DNA of 64,000 nt from Eledone cirrhosa (taxonomy: Eukaryota), in NCBI GenBank assembly GCA_964016885.1, contig OZ024740.1:118854001-118918000 (forward strand), given 5' to 3'. A program made the position numbers and the translations under genes. Positions 38,697-51,082 of the stretch are shown here, in pieces; within the stretch, counting starts at the first letter, position 1, and each line of letters starts with the position of its first letter. The notes under the pieces were generated by a model. The model made no database searches. It worked only from the letters and a program-made list of their open reading frames with translations, and was not told the origin of the DNA.

Positions 38697-38700
<4 letters not shown>
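38493..38700. mobile_element. Short inverted-junction copy of the 6997-7682 PLE family with hammerhead motif
   Basis: 38493-38555 matches 6999-7061 forward, the remainder matches 7065-7210 in reverse; flanked by (TA)n and (CT)n. Confidence 0.85.
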
Positions 38701-38794
<94 letters not shown>

Positions 38795-38917
38795 AACAGT
38801 AAGGATATAAAGATATACTAATGTGGGCTGAAAGGTTAATAGGTTGAATACGAATTAGTAAAGCTATAGCTGTGAAGTTTTGTATACATTAATTTCAATT
38901 CTCTCACCTATTCAGTT

Positions 38918-40036
38918 TATGAGGGTGGGCTGAAGTGTTCATAAGCTGATATGATGGAATGATGCTAGAGCTGTCTCTTTTCAGGTAAACTGGCATCTGA
39001 GTGTTCAAAGAAGACTTCAATTGTAACTTCTAGTGACTCCTCTTTAAAATGGACAAAATTTGGCATTATGATATCAAATACCTACAGAAAGAGGATTTAA
39101 TCCCCAAGGACATTCATGCTGATATGGTTGCTACATTAGTGAGCAGGTGAAATTAGGAGAGGAATGGAGTCTTGAAGATGGCCCAACATCAGGATGTCCT
39201 GAAACTGCCACCACTAAGGAAAACATTGATCTTTTTCCCCACATGGCCAATGCTATTACTATAATCTGTGAGAATATTCTGCACAATGAACTTGGCACAA
39301 CAAAAGTTCTGCTCTCTAGGTGCCATGTCGTCTGACTCCTGATCAAAACTGCACCCGGTTGATCATATCACAGGAAAATCTGATATTTCTTGAGGCAGAT
39401 TCAGCTGGTTTCCTTGAATGTTTCCAAACTCAGATTGAGTGTTTGGTTCATCACTTTGAACCAGAGACAAAGAGACAATCCAGAGAGTGGAAACACCTTC
39501 TCACCTACTCGAAAGTAGTCCAAGGTCATTTCATCTGCAGGGAAGGTGATGGCCTCAATATTTGGAGATGTAAAGGCATTGTGTTTATCGACTATCTTTA
39601 AAAGAGCCACACCATCAATGGAGAGTAATATGCCAACTTTCTGAGGCAGTTATGAAAGGTGCTTTGTTTTTTATCAGGACAATGCTCCAGCACAAAAGTC
39701 CTTGGTTTCAATGGCTGCTGTGCATGACTGTGAGTTCGAACTGGTTGGTCACTCTGCCCGTTCTCCTGATTCGACCTCATCTGACAATCATCTGTTCCAT
39801 AATATGAAAAAACACATGGCTGGGAACCAGTATCACAGTGATGATGTCATACCTGCTGTTCATGATTTTTGACCAAAAGAATGAAAGCTTATTCACCAAT
39901 GGGATCCAAGAACTGCAACACCAATGGTAAAGGTATGAGGACAGCCAAGAGGAAGATGTTGAAAAGTAAATCTAATTTAGTCATATTCCATGAGAGTATC
40001 TTGGTTAGCCTATGGGCGTTTCAGCTAATCCTCATA
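38918..40036 (+). mobile_element. Decayed mariner, same family as 21482-22764
   Basis: Same TIRs and collinear transposase remnant with deletions; extra left-end fragment at 38820-38905. Confidence 0.9.
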
Positions 40037-40989
40037 GATCAGCAAAAATAAGTGTAAAATGCTAACAAATTACCCCATTGCAAGTTAACGTTATGCATCA
40101 CTATATAACTATTCTGGTAGTTTATCCACTTGCACATCTTGCCTACAGAATTCTCTACCAGTTTCTTGCTTTGCTGGACACTGCAATTTGCAAAATTTAA
40201 AAAGGAACATAAATTATCATCTCTCTCTCTCCTTGAATTATATTCTCTGTCTTGTTCTCTCTTCTCTGTAACTCCATGCAATTTTGTGAATGTATTGCCT
40301 TGCTTGTGGTGAGCCCCCCCCCCCCCCCCCCCAGAAATAGATATCAATTAATACAATTTTGATACCTACTTAACTAGACATTCACAGACTTCAGTCAGAG
40401 CTCATGACTAACAGTTTTTATACAGACAATATAGTATAATGTGATTGTTTATTAGATAATCACGTTTTACTATACTATTACAGTAGCAAGATACTACTTT
40501 ATAGCATAGAGACAAAAAAAAAAAATTGAGGTTGACAATTTCTCATCTCATATATATGTATATTTTCACACAAACCTATTACACTAAAAAGATTTCTCAT
40601 ACAAATTGATGTGACTTAATATTGGACAGCATATGACATCTAATAGAATGTCATGTTGTCTATAAAATAACATTTTCTAACCATTTCTAACTATTTTTCC
40701 ATTGGAATTGACAACCTAAGGGACTAAACACAAAGTGTGGTATGTCATTCTTTTCACACACTCTATTTCTTTTTGTTGTTCCTATTTTCTTCTCGCTTTT
40801 AAATAAGTAGCCATTTTTATTTTGCTTGACACATATTCGACACTCAATGCTATTTCATATCATAGCCAGTCCATCACACTTCAATAGCATATTTGTATTT
40901 TTTTAGAATTGTATGAGATTATATCTAACTACTGTTGGTATTGAGTGCCCTCTAGTTTCTGAACATATAACATATAGCAAGTTTAAGAT

Positions 40990-42612
40990 CATCACCATTA
41001 TAATTGCTAAACATCTATTTTCTATGCTTGCATGAGTTGGATGGCTGTCACATGCTGAGGCCTGACTGATCAGGTGACTAGGTCCTGCTCATACAGTTTG
41101 TTTTGACTTGGTCTCTACAGCAGGATGCCCTTCCTAATGCCAACCATCTTACAGCATGTATTGGGGAAATCGTATCTAAGGCTGAATTCCTTTCCTAACA
41201 GCAACCATTTTACAGAGTGTACTGGGAGCATTTTACTGTGACTGTCACCATTAGCTTACAGGGTCGACTTGTTGCTTTCTTTCTTGGCATCAGCACTACA
41301 ACCTTATAGGGTGGACTATGTGCTTTTGTAGTGGCAACAGTACTATTTAATTTTAGTACTAGGGTGCCCAGTGTATGTTAGTGCTGGTGGGGTTAGGTTG
41401 TGGTACCAGTATTTCATTGCTGGAGGAGAAAGGTCACGCTGGTGCCTGACTTCTCTGAGTGGCCTAAATGGGGGCATTTATAGACTGCTTAGAGCAAGTG
41501 GCTGAGTGAGTGGTGTATATCACTGGATTGGGAAAGTGTTGGGGCATGAAGGTTCTGCAAGGAAGGTTCCCTCTATCATAGGTTGGGCGAAGTAGTCTGC
41601 AGTATTTTGATAGGTGAAGACCTGAATTGTTCCACCCTTTTTGTTCTTCAGATTTGGAGAAGGGGATCATTGGCATGCTGGCTTGGATTTTAGGAGTATA
41701 CAGATGAGGGCTGGTGGGAGATTAGAATTTTAGCCATTCTGCTTCTTCTGCATTCAATCCACTTGCAGAGGAAAGCAAATTTTTTGTATTACAGAATATC
41801 ACCAGTTATCTCAGTATTGGGTCATCTTCTATGTGAGGTTCAGTTGCATCAGTTTGGCCTTCCCTATATCATCCAGATTTTTTTAAATCTTCCTTTTACA
41901 AGGCTATTTTTGAATTCAAGTGCTCTACCTAACTTTATGTAGGCTGTCACGCTTTATATGCACTAAATGTAACATACCAACTCAGTCCCGTCTCCTGAAC
42001 ACTGCACCTGATACCCCTTATGTTCTTCTATACTGCCAATCTCTAACTTGTCTTCCATACTATAATAGGTGTCAATAAGGACATGCCTGAATTTCTCACC
42101 AACCAAGTGCTGCTTCAGCTTCCATATCCATCACCTCCAGATTGCCTTTTGTTTCTGTGTTCACATAGCTCTGATTCTAAAGGTGCTTATCACTAAGTTA
42201 TGTTGGGTTGTAAACTCCTCTCTTAGGAGAGCTTTGTATTTACAACCATCAGTCTATCTTGGCTTTTGGTAAGGATACAATCAATCTGTCTTTTATATTT
42301 GCCTAACTTGTAGGTGATCAAGTAGTTAGCTGGTTTTTTGAAGTTTGAGTTGCAGCTAGTCAGAATATTTGTATCCCAAAACTGCAGGATTCTCAATCTC
42401 TCCTAATTTCATGTACCAATTTCAAAGTCTCCCTGGACACCATGGTAGCTCGCACAGTGTTGCACAATAGGACCATTAAAATCGCCAGCCATAGTTGTAA
42501 TGTCACTATTGCTTGTTAAAGAGGTAGTTTGAATAAGGGTCACATAAAAGTACTTTTCCAGTTCATATGCCAGTCCTGATTGTGGTACATATGCAGAGAT
42601 AGTTGTCATAGG
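40990..42612 (-). mobile_element. Old, internally deleted RTE LINE remnants
   Basis: APE piece TTISAYVPQSGL..MAGDFNG (42300-42612), RT C-terminal piece (41900-42250), family-B-like 3'UTR (41000-41350). Confidence 0.7.
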
Positions 42613-43091
42613 TGACCCTGAAGTTTTGAAATAGGATATTAAAAGAGAAACAGCCCAAAAAGCACTTGTCGAAAGATCCTTTATGGTCATAGGAAAGATC
42701 ATAAAAAAGAAACAGTTATATATGAATAAGCATACACACACACATGCATATATATATATATACAAATGGAAGTTCAGTAAAATCTTCGGGTGTAGCCAAG
42801 CCAACGAAATACAATTAGGAATTATGCAGCCAAGCAGTCCATGAGAAAGCTCAGCGTAATAACATTCGTTAGATGGCATGACAAATTGAAAACTGTAGCA
42901 GGCAAGCCGAGCCACGACACCGAAGCAACGAAAAAACCAACAGATTAATACATATGTATATATGTAAATACACATATCTATCTATCTTTCTCTCTCTCTC
43001 TTTATATATATATATATATAAGATGGCGTAGGACAGAGATGGCGTAGGACAGAACAAAGGAGAGGCACAAAAACAAAGAAAATAAACTCCA

Positions 43092-43134
43092 GTCACTGAA
43101 GAGGTCACATAATGTGTGACGAAATAACTTTGAC
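43092..43134 (+). ncRNA. Minimal hammerhead-like motif in a ~300-bp insert (43021-43327)
   Basis: gtca-CTGAAGA-g-gtcaca-taatg-tgtgac-GAAA-taac-TT-tgac. Confidence 0.7.
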
Positions 43135-43324
43135 AATATATGAACAATCGTCTGGTTGTGGAACCAAACAACCGAAAATTTATAAATTTAATTTATAATA
43201 AATTGGAGTGAAAGCAACTGGTGCGTGTGTTTCTGATTGGCAACATGACCCTCCCAAAGCATAACAATATCGGTTTCAACACACGTTTTCAGAGAAAGAA
43301 TCTTGCTAAACAAATTCAGAAACG

Positions 43325-43387
<63 letters not shown>

Positions 43388-43393
<6 letters not shown>

Positions 43394-45292
43394 AAGAATG
43401 AAGATTAAGATGGCTGGCTGTATAATAAGGACTTTATTTAAAGTACTGACAATTGTTTCTTTGATCATGTGGGTCTAGAGTTGGCTAATCGCTCGATGTT
43501 GCGTTATTCGATCTCCAATACATTATTTACCTATGGTAAACACATCAGAGTATGTAGATATGAAAATATTTCAGTCGAGGCAAGACGTATATAGAGAAAT
43601 AGCGTATAATTAATACAATAACATCAATAATAAAATAGCGTATAATATAAACATCAATAATAATACATGTATGGTAAATAGGTGGAGAAGTTACAGATGT
43701 AAAAAGTAAAAGTAGAATATAAGATAGGGTACATAAAAAAGTAAGAAAATGAGACAATGGAAAATACAAAAAGATAAATAAATAAATAAATAAATAAGTG
43801 AGAGCTTGTAAGTACATAGTAGTAGTTTTTGAGTAAGTGTTCTTATAAGGATTCTTTAGTGAGAAACTAGATTCGAGATGTACATAGATACGTGTAGAGG
43901 GTTCGATAAAAGAGACAATAAATTAGAGATTAATTGCTGGATGTATGTATGATATTTATGGGCTAGGGATGACGGGACATTTGATAAAGGCTTGTTGTAA
44001 ATGTTTTGCTGATTGTTCTATCTTAATGGGGTTGATGTTGTTTCAGGGAGAGAGGGTGAAAGAAATGTTCAGAGATTTATGATCCAGTGACCAGTCTGCC
44101 ATTTGATAGCTAATAGCAATGCGATGGTGTGTATTCTATATGTTAAAATCTAGGTGGTTCAGTACTAATTTTGGGATTGGTAGTTCAATTCATGGTGGTT
44201 TAAAATTTGTGAATCTAGGCAATTTGAGCTTTTATTTTGTGCAGGTTCATCGTTGCGGTTTTGCAAGTTGTTGTGGCTGGGTTGTGATTTAGGCCTATTA
44301 ATGTTTTGTTGTGATGTGCTCTGATGCGTTTATGGTTGTAATGTTGTTATGTGTTTGTGTTTTGAATTTGGTGATATGGTGCGTGTTGGTAGGTTAATTT
44401 CTTTAGACACATTTTCGTGTTTGATCTTACGTATGTGCAATTCTATGTTAGCTGCAGTAGAGTAGCAAAGTTTTATAGTTTTTCTATTGAAGATGTTATG
44501 GTATTTGTGTAGTGCAGGGAAGTTCTTATCTATTAGTTTAAAGATCATAAATCTCTGAACATTTCTTTCACCCTCTCTCTCTGAAACAACATCAACCCCA
44601 TTAAGATAGAACAATCAGCAAAACATTTACAAGCGTTTATAAAATGTCCCGTCATCCCTAGCCCATAAATATCATACATACATCCATCTGTACTTACAAG
44701 CTCTCACTTATTTATTTATTTATTTATCTCTTAGTATTTTCCATTCTCTCATTTTCTTACTTTTTTATGTACCATATCTTATATTCTACTTTTACTTTTT
44801 TACATTTGTAACTTCTCTACCTATTTTCCATACATGTATTTTTATTGATGTTATTGTTTAGATTAAACGCTATTTTATTATTGATGCTGTTGTTTTAATT
44901 ATATGCTATTTCTCTATATAAGTCTTGCCTCGAGTGAATTATTTTCATATCTACATACTCTGATGTGTTGACCATAGGTGAATAATGTATTGGAGATCGA
45001 ATAACGCAACGTGAAGCAATTAGCGAACTCTAGACCCACATGATCAACGAAACAATTGTCAGTACTTTATACTTTAAATAAAGCCCTTATTGTACAGCCA
45101 ACCATATTCATCTTCATTCTTTAACTATTATTACTCCAAGTATAACCTGCATAAAAATTACCGCGAACTCGCTGCATAACTATGGAAGCATCTTTTTGAG
45201 TCAAAAAATGCCGCACGTTAAAACTATCCACGACGCAGAACACTCACAACCTCTAACTGGATTACGTATAATGATAACTTGTTATCCCAGAT
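43388..45292 (-). mobile_element. Penelope-like remnant with long inverted repeats
   Basis: 43388-44084 inverted to 44543-45127; spacer encodes IFKLIDKNFPALHKYHNIFNRKTIKLCYSTAAN; flanked by (TA)n. Confidence 0.88.
44956..45064 (+). ncRNA. Type I hammerhead variant with large helix II insertion
   Basis: tact-CTGATGT-gttga...tcaac-GAAA-caattg-TC-agta; second copy on minus near 43443-43552. Confidence 0.7.
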
Positions 45293-45303
45293 TATATATT
45301 ATA

Positions 45304-45385
<82 letters not shown>

Positions 45386-45388
<3 letters not shown>

Positions 45389-46605
45389 TCATCATCATCG
45401 TTTAACGTCCATCTTCTACGCTTGCATGGGTTTGGACGGGAATTTTCCCACTTGGGGCAAGAGTGGTTGTCTTGCTCCTATAGGACTGTCTGGCAGGTTT
45501 TCTACGGCTGGATGCCCTTCCTAACACCAACCACGTTTACAGTGTGGACTGAGAGGTTTTTACCCTGTTACCTACACGGCCACATTACAGTGTGGACTAG
45601 GTGTTTTTTTGTCGTGACACCTACATGACCTCATTTATTTCGGACTGGATGTTGTGGTACCATCATAACTTTACATGGAAAGGGGGTGGTGTGGATGGGG
45701 TGGGGTAGTGGGACGGGGATGTATTTTTGTTAAGAGGTGCCTACTGACTAGGTTTCGCTTTCTACTCTGTATTACTGTGTAGCGCCAAAGATCTCGGTCC
45801 AGTGACATTGTCTTGGAGAGGTGTAAGTGTGTGAGTTCGGATTTTATCAAGTCGTCCCAGGTTTTTCTGGGTCTACCTACTCCATGGCTACCGTCTATTT
45901 TTATCGCCCTGCACTTTTTTATACAGCTGTCGTCTTTCATGCGCATCACGTGACCATACCAACGTAGTTTTCTCTCGAGTAAACGGCATCTGATCCCTCT
46001 TATTCCTAATTTCTCCCTTAGTTCATTTAGGCTTTGCCGTTAACTATGACACATCCAGCTGAGCATGCAAGCTTCGTTCCTCTCCAGTCTGCGTATATCC
46101 TCTGCATACAATACCCAAGTCTCACTGCCATGCAACATTGCTCTTCATATGCAGGCATCATACAGCCTGCCTTTCATTTTTAGAGAGAACACTTTAGCGG
46201 CCACTAGTGGTATAAGCTCTCTGAACTTTTCCCCTACCGTTCTGACTCTAGCTACTGTACTTTCAGAGCACCCTCCACCACTGCTGATTTTGCCACCCAG
46301 GTAGCGGAAGGTGTCCACTATTTCTATAGAACCATCTGTGAAATGGAATGAGCTAGTATTCTGTGGGCACTTGCTGCTACTTATTGCACCAGAGCACTGG
46401 CCACATATAAAATTGTATTTGGGACATAAAATGGAGTTTCTGCCTACTCCTTTCCTACACACTGAGCATGGCCATTTCCCAGATGGGACCAGTGCCCAAT
46501 TTTCCTTCCTACAAACTAGAACTTTAGTCTTAGACAGGTTAATTTTAAGGCCTTTTGATTCTAGTCCATGCTTCCACATTTGGAATAGTTCAGCCATTGA
46601 TTCAG

Positions 46606-46610
<5 letters not shown>
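45386..46610 (-). mobile_element. 5'-truncated RTE LINE, family B
   Basis: Closely matches 28824-30151 with internal deletions. Confidence 0.93.
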
Positions 46611-46648
<38 letters not shown>

Positions 46649-47268
46649 GAAGAGAGAGAAAGATACATAGATATGTGTATATATGTATTTACATATATAC
46701 ATGTGTGTGTGGTGAGCTTGTATGAAGTTTCTATCTACCTAATTCCACACAAGATATTGGTCAACCCAAGACTACAATAAAACACAGCAATATGCTGTAG
46801 AGTTTGATTTGTCTACGGTCTACATGATTGTGAAGCTAACTACTTATCAACAAGTCTATGCTTGAACTGCTCTAATATACACAAATTGACATTTTAATCC
46901 TAACAACAACTTATTACACTGGCATTCAAAACTTTCCAGGTAAAACTCTATAATTGAACTTTAACAACACTTCAGCACTGACACCAAGATTCATGCTTCA
47001 CTGTTAAAAAAATGCTTTAAATCTACTATCAATGGTTCTCACATCCCTTAAGGATTTTGTAAAAGTACTCATATATCTGTTAAAAGCAATAATCACAAAT
47101 CCTGGCAATTGAAAAAAAAATTGGTTGATTAGCAGTAAACAACCAGCAACAATGAAACAATGTATGGCTCTGAGGAATACAAAAGTCTATTTGATATTAC
47201 AGTGGAAAATCTACATAAAAATATAAAAATAACACTAAGAATAACACTACTGTTTTTTTAATAATAGT

Positions 47269-47293
47269 AATGATGATGATGATGATGATGATA

Positions 47294-47370
<77 letters not shown>

Positions 47371-47427
47371 GGGCGTTGTGGTGGTGATGGTGATGATGAT
47401 GATGATGATGAGGATGATGATGATAAT
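47269..47427 (+). repeat. (GAT)n/(GGT)n compound microsatellite
   Basis: Directly visible. Confidence 0.95.
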
Positions 47428-47463
47428 AGAATGAAAATGGAAAATATCTAATTTTCTTTACAG

Positions 47464-47516
47464 AAGTTAAAGTACTGTGATGCTGCTACAAAATACGAAA
47501 TTATTTGTCAATTGAG
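47464..47516 (+). CDS. Putative host exon E (KLKYCDAATKYEIICQL), phase 0-2
   Basis: Branch/acceptor tctaattttctttacAG, donor GAG|GTATAA. Confidence 0.55.
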
Positions 47517-50500
47517 GTATAAGAATGAATCTATTTACTAAAGGTATTTCCTGCAAGTTGAAAACATCAAATCTTTCCAATAAAAGATTGATATATTGCT
47601 AACAATAAGAGAACCCTTACAACTAAACTACAAGACTAAATTTCAAATGAATGTTCCACTACTTTGGAGAATTCTTTGTTCAGTTCTGTCTTTAACCTGG
47701 CACATTATACTAACCTAAGAGCAAGTTTCTTTCATTTTATTTTGTTCAATATGTATTCGTAATCGTTCTCTTTATTTGTTTGTTATATTCCACCTTTTTT
47801 TCTCTATATTATTTATCTCTTACTTTCACTATTCCTTTACACCATATTTCTTCAGCAAACATTACATTCTATATCATTTCTTATTTTACAGTCTTCTCCT
47901 TTATTCCAATCTTTTATTTATTGCCGCTGGTTTTATTTCTTAACCTTTCTTATACAATATTTTTTCTCCAGAAGTGTTCTTCACTGACTTCCTGCTTCCC
48001 TGTTTCTTAAATGAATAGCTTTATACATGTTTCTACTTGGAGAATTTCCTGTACATATATATTTGAATTGTTAACTAGATAACCTATATCTGAACTAAAT
48101 TTCCCAAATGGAAGAAAATGCCACATCTGTAACAGTTTCATTACAAAGAATTAAGTTGAAAGCCTGTCAAATTTTCATTATAACTGAAGCAAAGGGTGAT
48201 AACTATTCCAGATTGATATTTACAACAATAATTTCTGATGTTCCAAAGCAAAAGCCATTTTTCTCAGAGTGACATTATTTGGTTTTCAACTGGATTATTC
48301 GCCTATATATGTACAGGTCTGGGGCTATATTATTTCTACCCAATATATTCTTTATGAATTTAGTATAAATTCAAAGATATCTGTAACTACAAAGTGAGAT
48401 AAAATTTATGAAAATTTATGCCAAATTAATTTAATGTACAAATAAAAGATTTGAAATTAGATATTTTTGAAGAATATTTTATATTAGACTTTACTGTTTG
48501 AGTAAAAAGATAAACTCTAAGTTATTTCAATGCTGTTAAGCATAAAAGAAATTAATTAGTTGTAACATAGCAATGAACAATATTTATATATAAACCACTG
48601 TAACTTGAGATTACATTCATTCAAACTAAAAGGAAAAACATACAGATTTGATTTAAGGAAGTTCTTGTGATCTAATGAAGCTATTGAAGGGTATTGTTGG
48701 GTATTAAGTTTTTTTAATGCAGAAATTGAAATAAAATAAAGTATGAGATTCTATTGCATTGATTTTTAATTTAGGTACAAGACCAGTAATTTGTGGTGGT
48801 GGATGGGGGGGAAACCTAATTAAATTAACCCATGTACTTGACTGGTACTTTATTTTATTCACTCAGGAAGGATGAAACATAAAGTTGACTTCAGTTAGAT
48901 TTGAGCTGATATGTAAATGGCTGTAACTAATTGTTGCAGGCCATTTTTGCTCAAAGCTGTAATGATCATTCCAAATGCAACCCATTAATATTTTCAAATA
49001 TAATGTACAACCAATATTTTCCAATTCCCCAGCATAGCCACCGTCTTCTGGAACTGGTAAAAGTAAAAAAATATTCATAAAAGAAGTTTTTATACATTTG
49101 TATTTTACAATGGCAGTTAGACATTTTCTAATGGTAAGAATAACCCATAAGAACAGAATAATTAACATTCCCATTTTAAATATGTTTTGGCAATTCAATC
49201 TTTGCATTAGTATAATTCAGAAAGATTAATCATACAAAAATGGCATTTTTGAAGAGTTATTTTGATTGAATTAGAGTTAACATGATTTAGTCATAATTTC
49301 TTTTCGACATTTTGATATAAAATATAACTGTTTCATATAATGTATATGAAACTTAATGGCAGTTAAAGAGAGGCTTTGATGCTCTAATAAAAGTTATTGC
49401 CAAGTATGAGTCAAACGAAAATCTAAATGTTCAGTATTTGTAGAGAAAATTTATCATCCCCAACACTAAAAATGTTGCTGCACCATTGTCACAACTGAAA
49501 GTTCCTCTCACCTTTTCGGGAGATAGTTTCTACAGTGGGGTGCTCCTTCTCTTATCAACCATATTACAGTGTGTACTGAGCAAATGTTTGTGGCCCTGGC
49601 TTTGGCAGGCTAATGAATCGGTGAGGAGGGATATCCATTAATAATGTAGGGGTTTAGTGACAGTTGTGTCAGGATTTTAGAAATGGGATAGAGTAAGGGT
49701 GAGAATAGTTACTAAGAAGAGTTAGTGTAGAGGACATGGTTTTGGTGTTCGATGGTATAAGGGGAAATTTACCAGTATGTCAGGATTTTAGGGGGGGGGG
49801 GCAATTATAATGAGAAGGGCTGAGAAGTAATAGCTGAGGGGACCTGGATGGGGTGGGGGAAATGCACAGGGATGGAGAGAATATCTACTAATGGGGTAAT
49901 GAGGCTAACTATTAAGGAATTTAGAGATGTGGTGTAGTGTTGGTAAGAATAGTTATATAGGGTGTGTGTATAGGGTCCGGATGTACAGTGATGGTTAGGA
50001 TAGCTACTAAGAAGTGCTAATGGCTGCGGTGGGTGGGAGGCAAGCTTTATTTTATGCTGATAGTAGTTTTCTCTAATATAGCATGTTGCCAATTCTCAGG
50101 GTCTTTTGCCATCCCTGATGTGAGGTTTGGCTTCTTAAGGTCAATCTTCACTAGCTCATCTGAAGTTTTCCTGGATCTCCCTCTTCCATGGGTTCTGGCC
50201 ACTGAGATTTCTCTTCATTACTTTATACAGCTGTCATTTTCCACATCATGTGTCCACACCAATGCAGTCTTATTTCTTGTATAGTGCATACAATTCCTCT
50301 TATACCAAGCTTTTCTCTCAGCTCGTGTAGACTACATTGTTCATGCACCCCCACCCCCTCCCATATACATAATGCCATATTAAAATGCCATTACACATTG
50401 AAATGTGGTTGGCATTAGGAAGGGTATCCAGCTGTAGAAACCATTATAAAAAAAGTAGCAGAGAGAATATGACAATTTCTCTAGTGATGGTGTTATGATC

Positions 50501-51027
50501 AAATACTCCAAGTATACTATGCTGAGTAGTTGGCATGAGGAAGTTGCATCCAGCCATAAATACTAAGCCAAAAATGGAACATTCTAACTATTCTTATTAT
50601 CCACCACTCTAAGCCCATATTTTATTTCATTCAATTTGAAAAGGATGAAAGGCAAATGTGACCTTGTTAATATTGGAACACAGTAAGCAGAGAGCTAGAA
50701 CAAACACTGCCAATTTGCTTCATGTTTGATCTTACATGGGAGAAAGCTGGTTGATCTTACATGGATGAGAAAAGAGGGATTTATTTTCGATCATTCATAT
50801 AAAAGGAAGGAAAACAGCTTCCCATTGATTTAATATAACTTTAGAATAATTCCCCAAGCAACAAGTAGATAACAGTTTAATAGCATTTTCCTTGTAATTC
50901 TCAAGAATTCATTACCAAATCGACCAGAAGATTTTTATTCAACATTTAATTTACAACTCATCATGAATCCAGATTATGTTGAGATTTTAAATAATACTGT
51001 TTTATATTTATATTATTTTATTTTCAG

Positions 51028-51082
51028 ATCATCATGCCATAATATCAAACCTGATCATTGGCATAGATATATTCCCTTATAA
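51028..51082 (+). CDS. Putative terminal host exon F (SSCHNIKPDHWHRYIPL*)
   Basis: Strong acceptor ttttattttcAG, phase 2 matches exon E; ATTAAA at 51089 and AATAAA near 51360. Confidence 0.5.
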
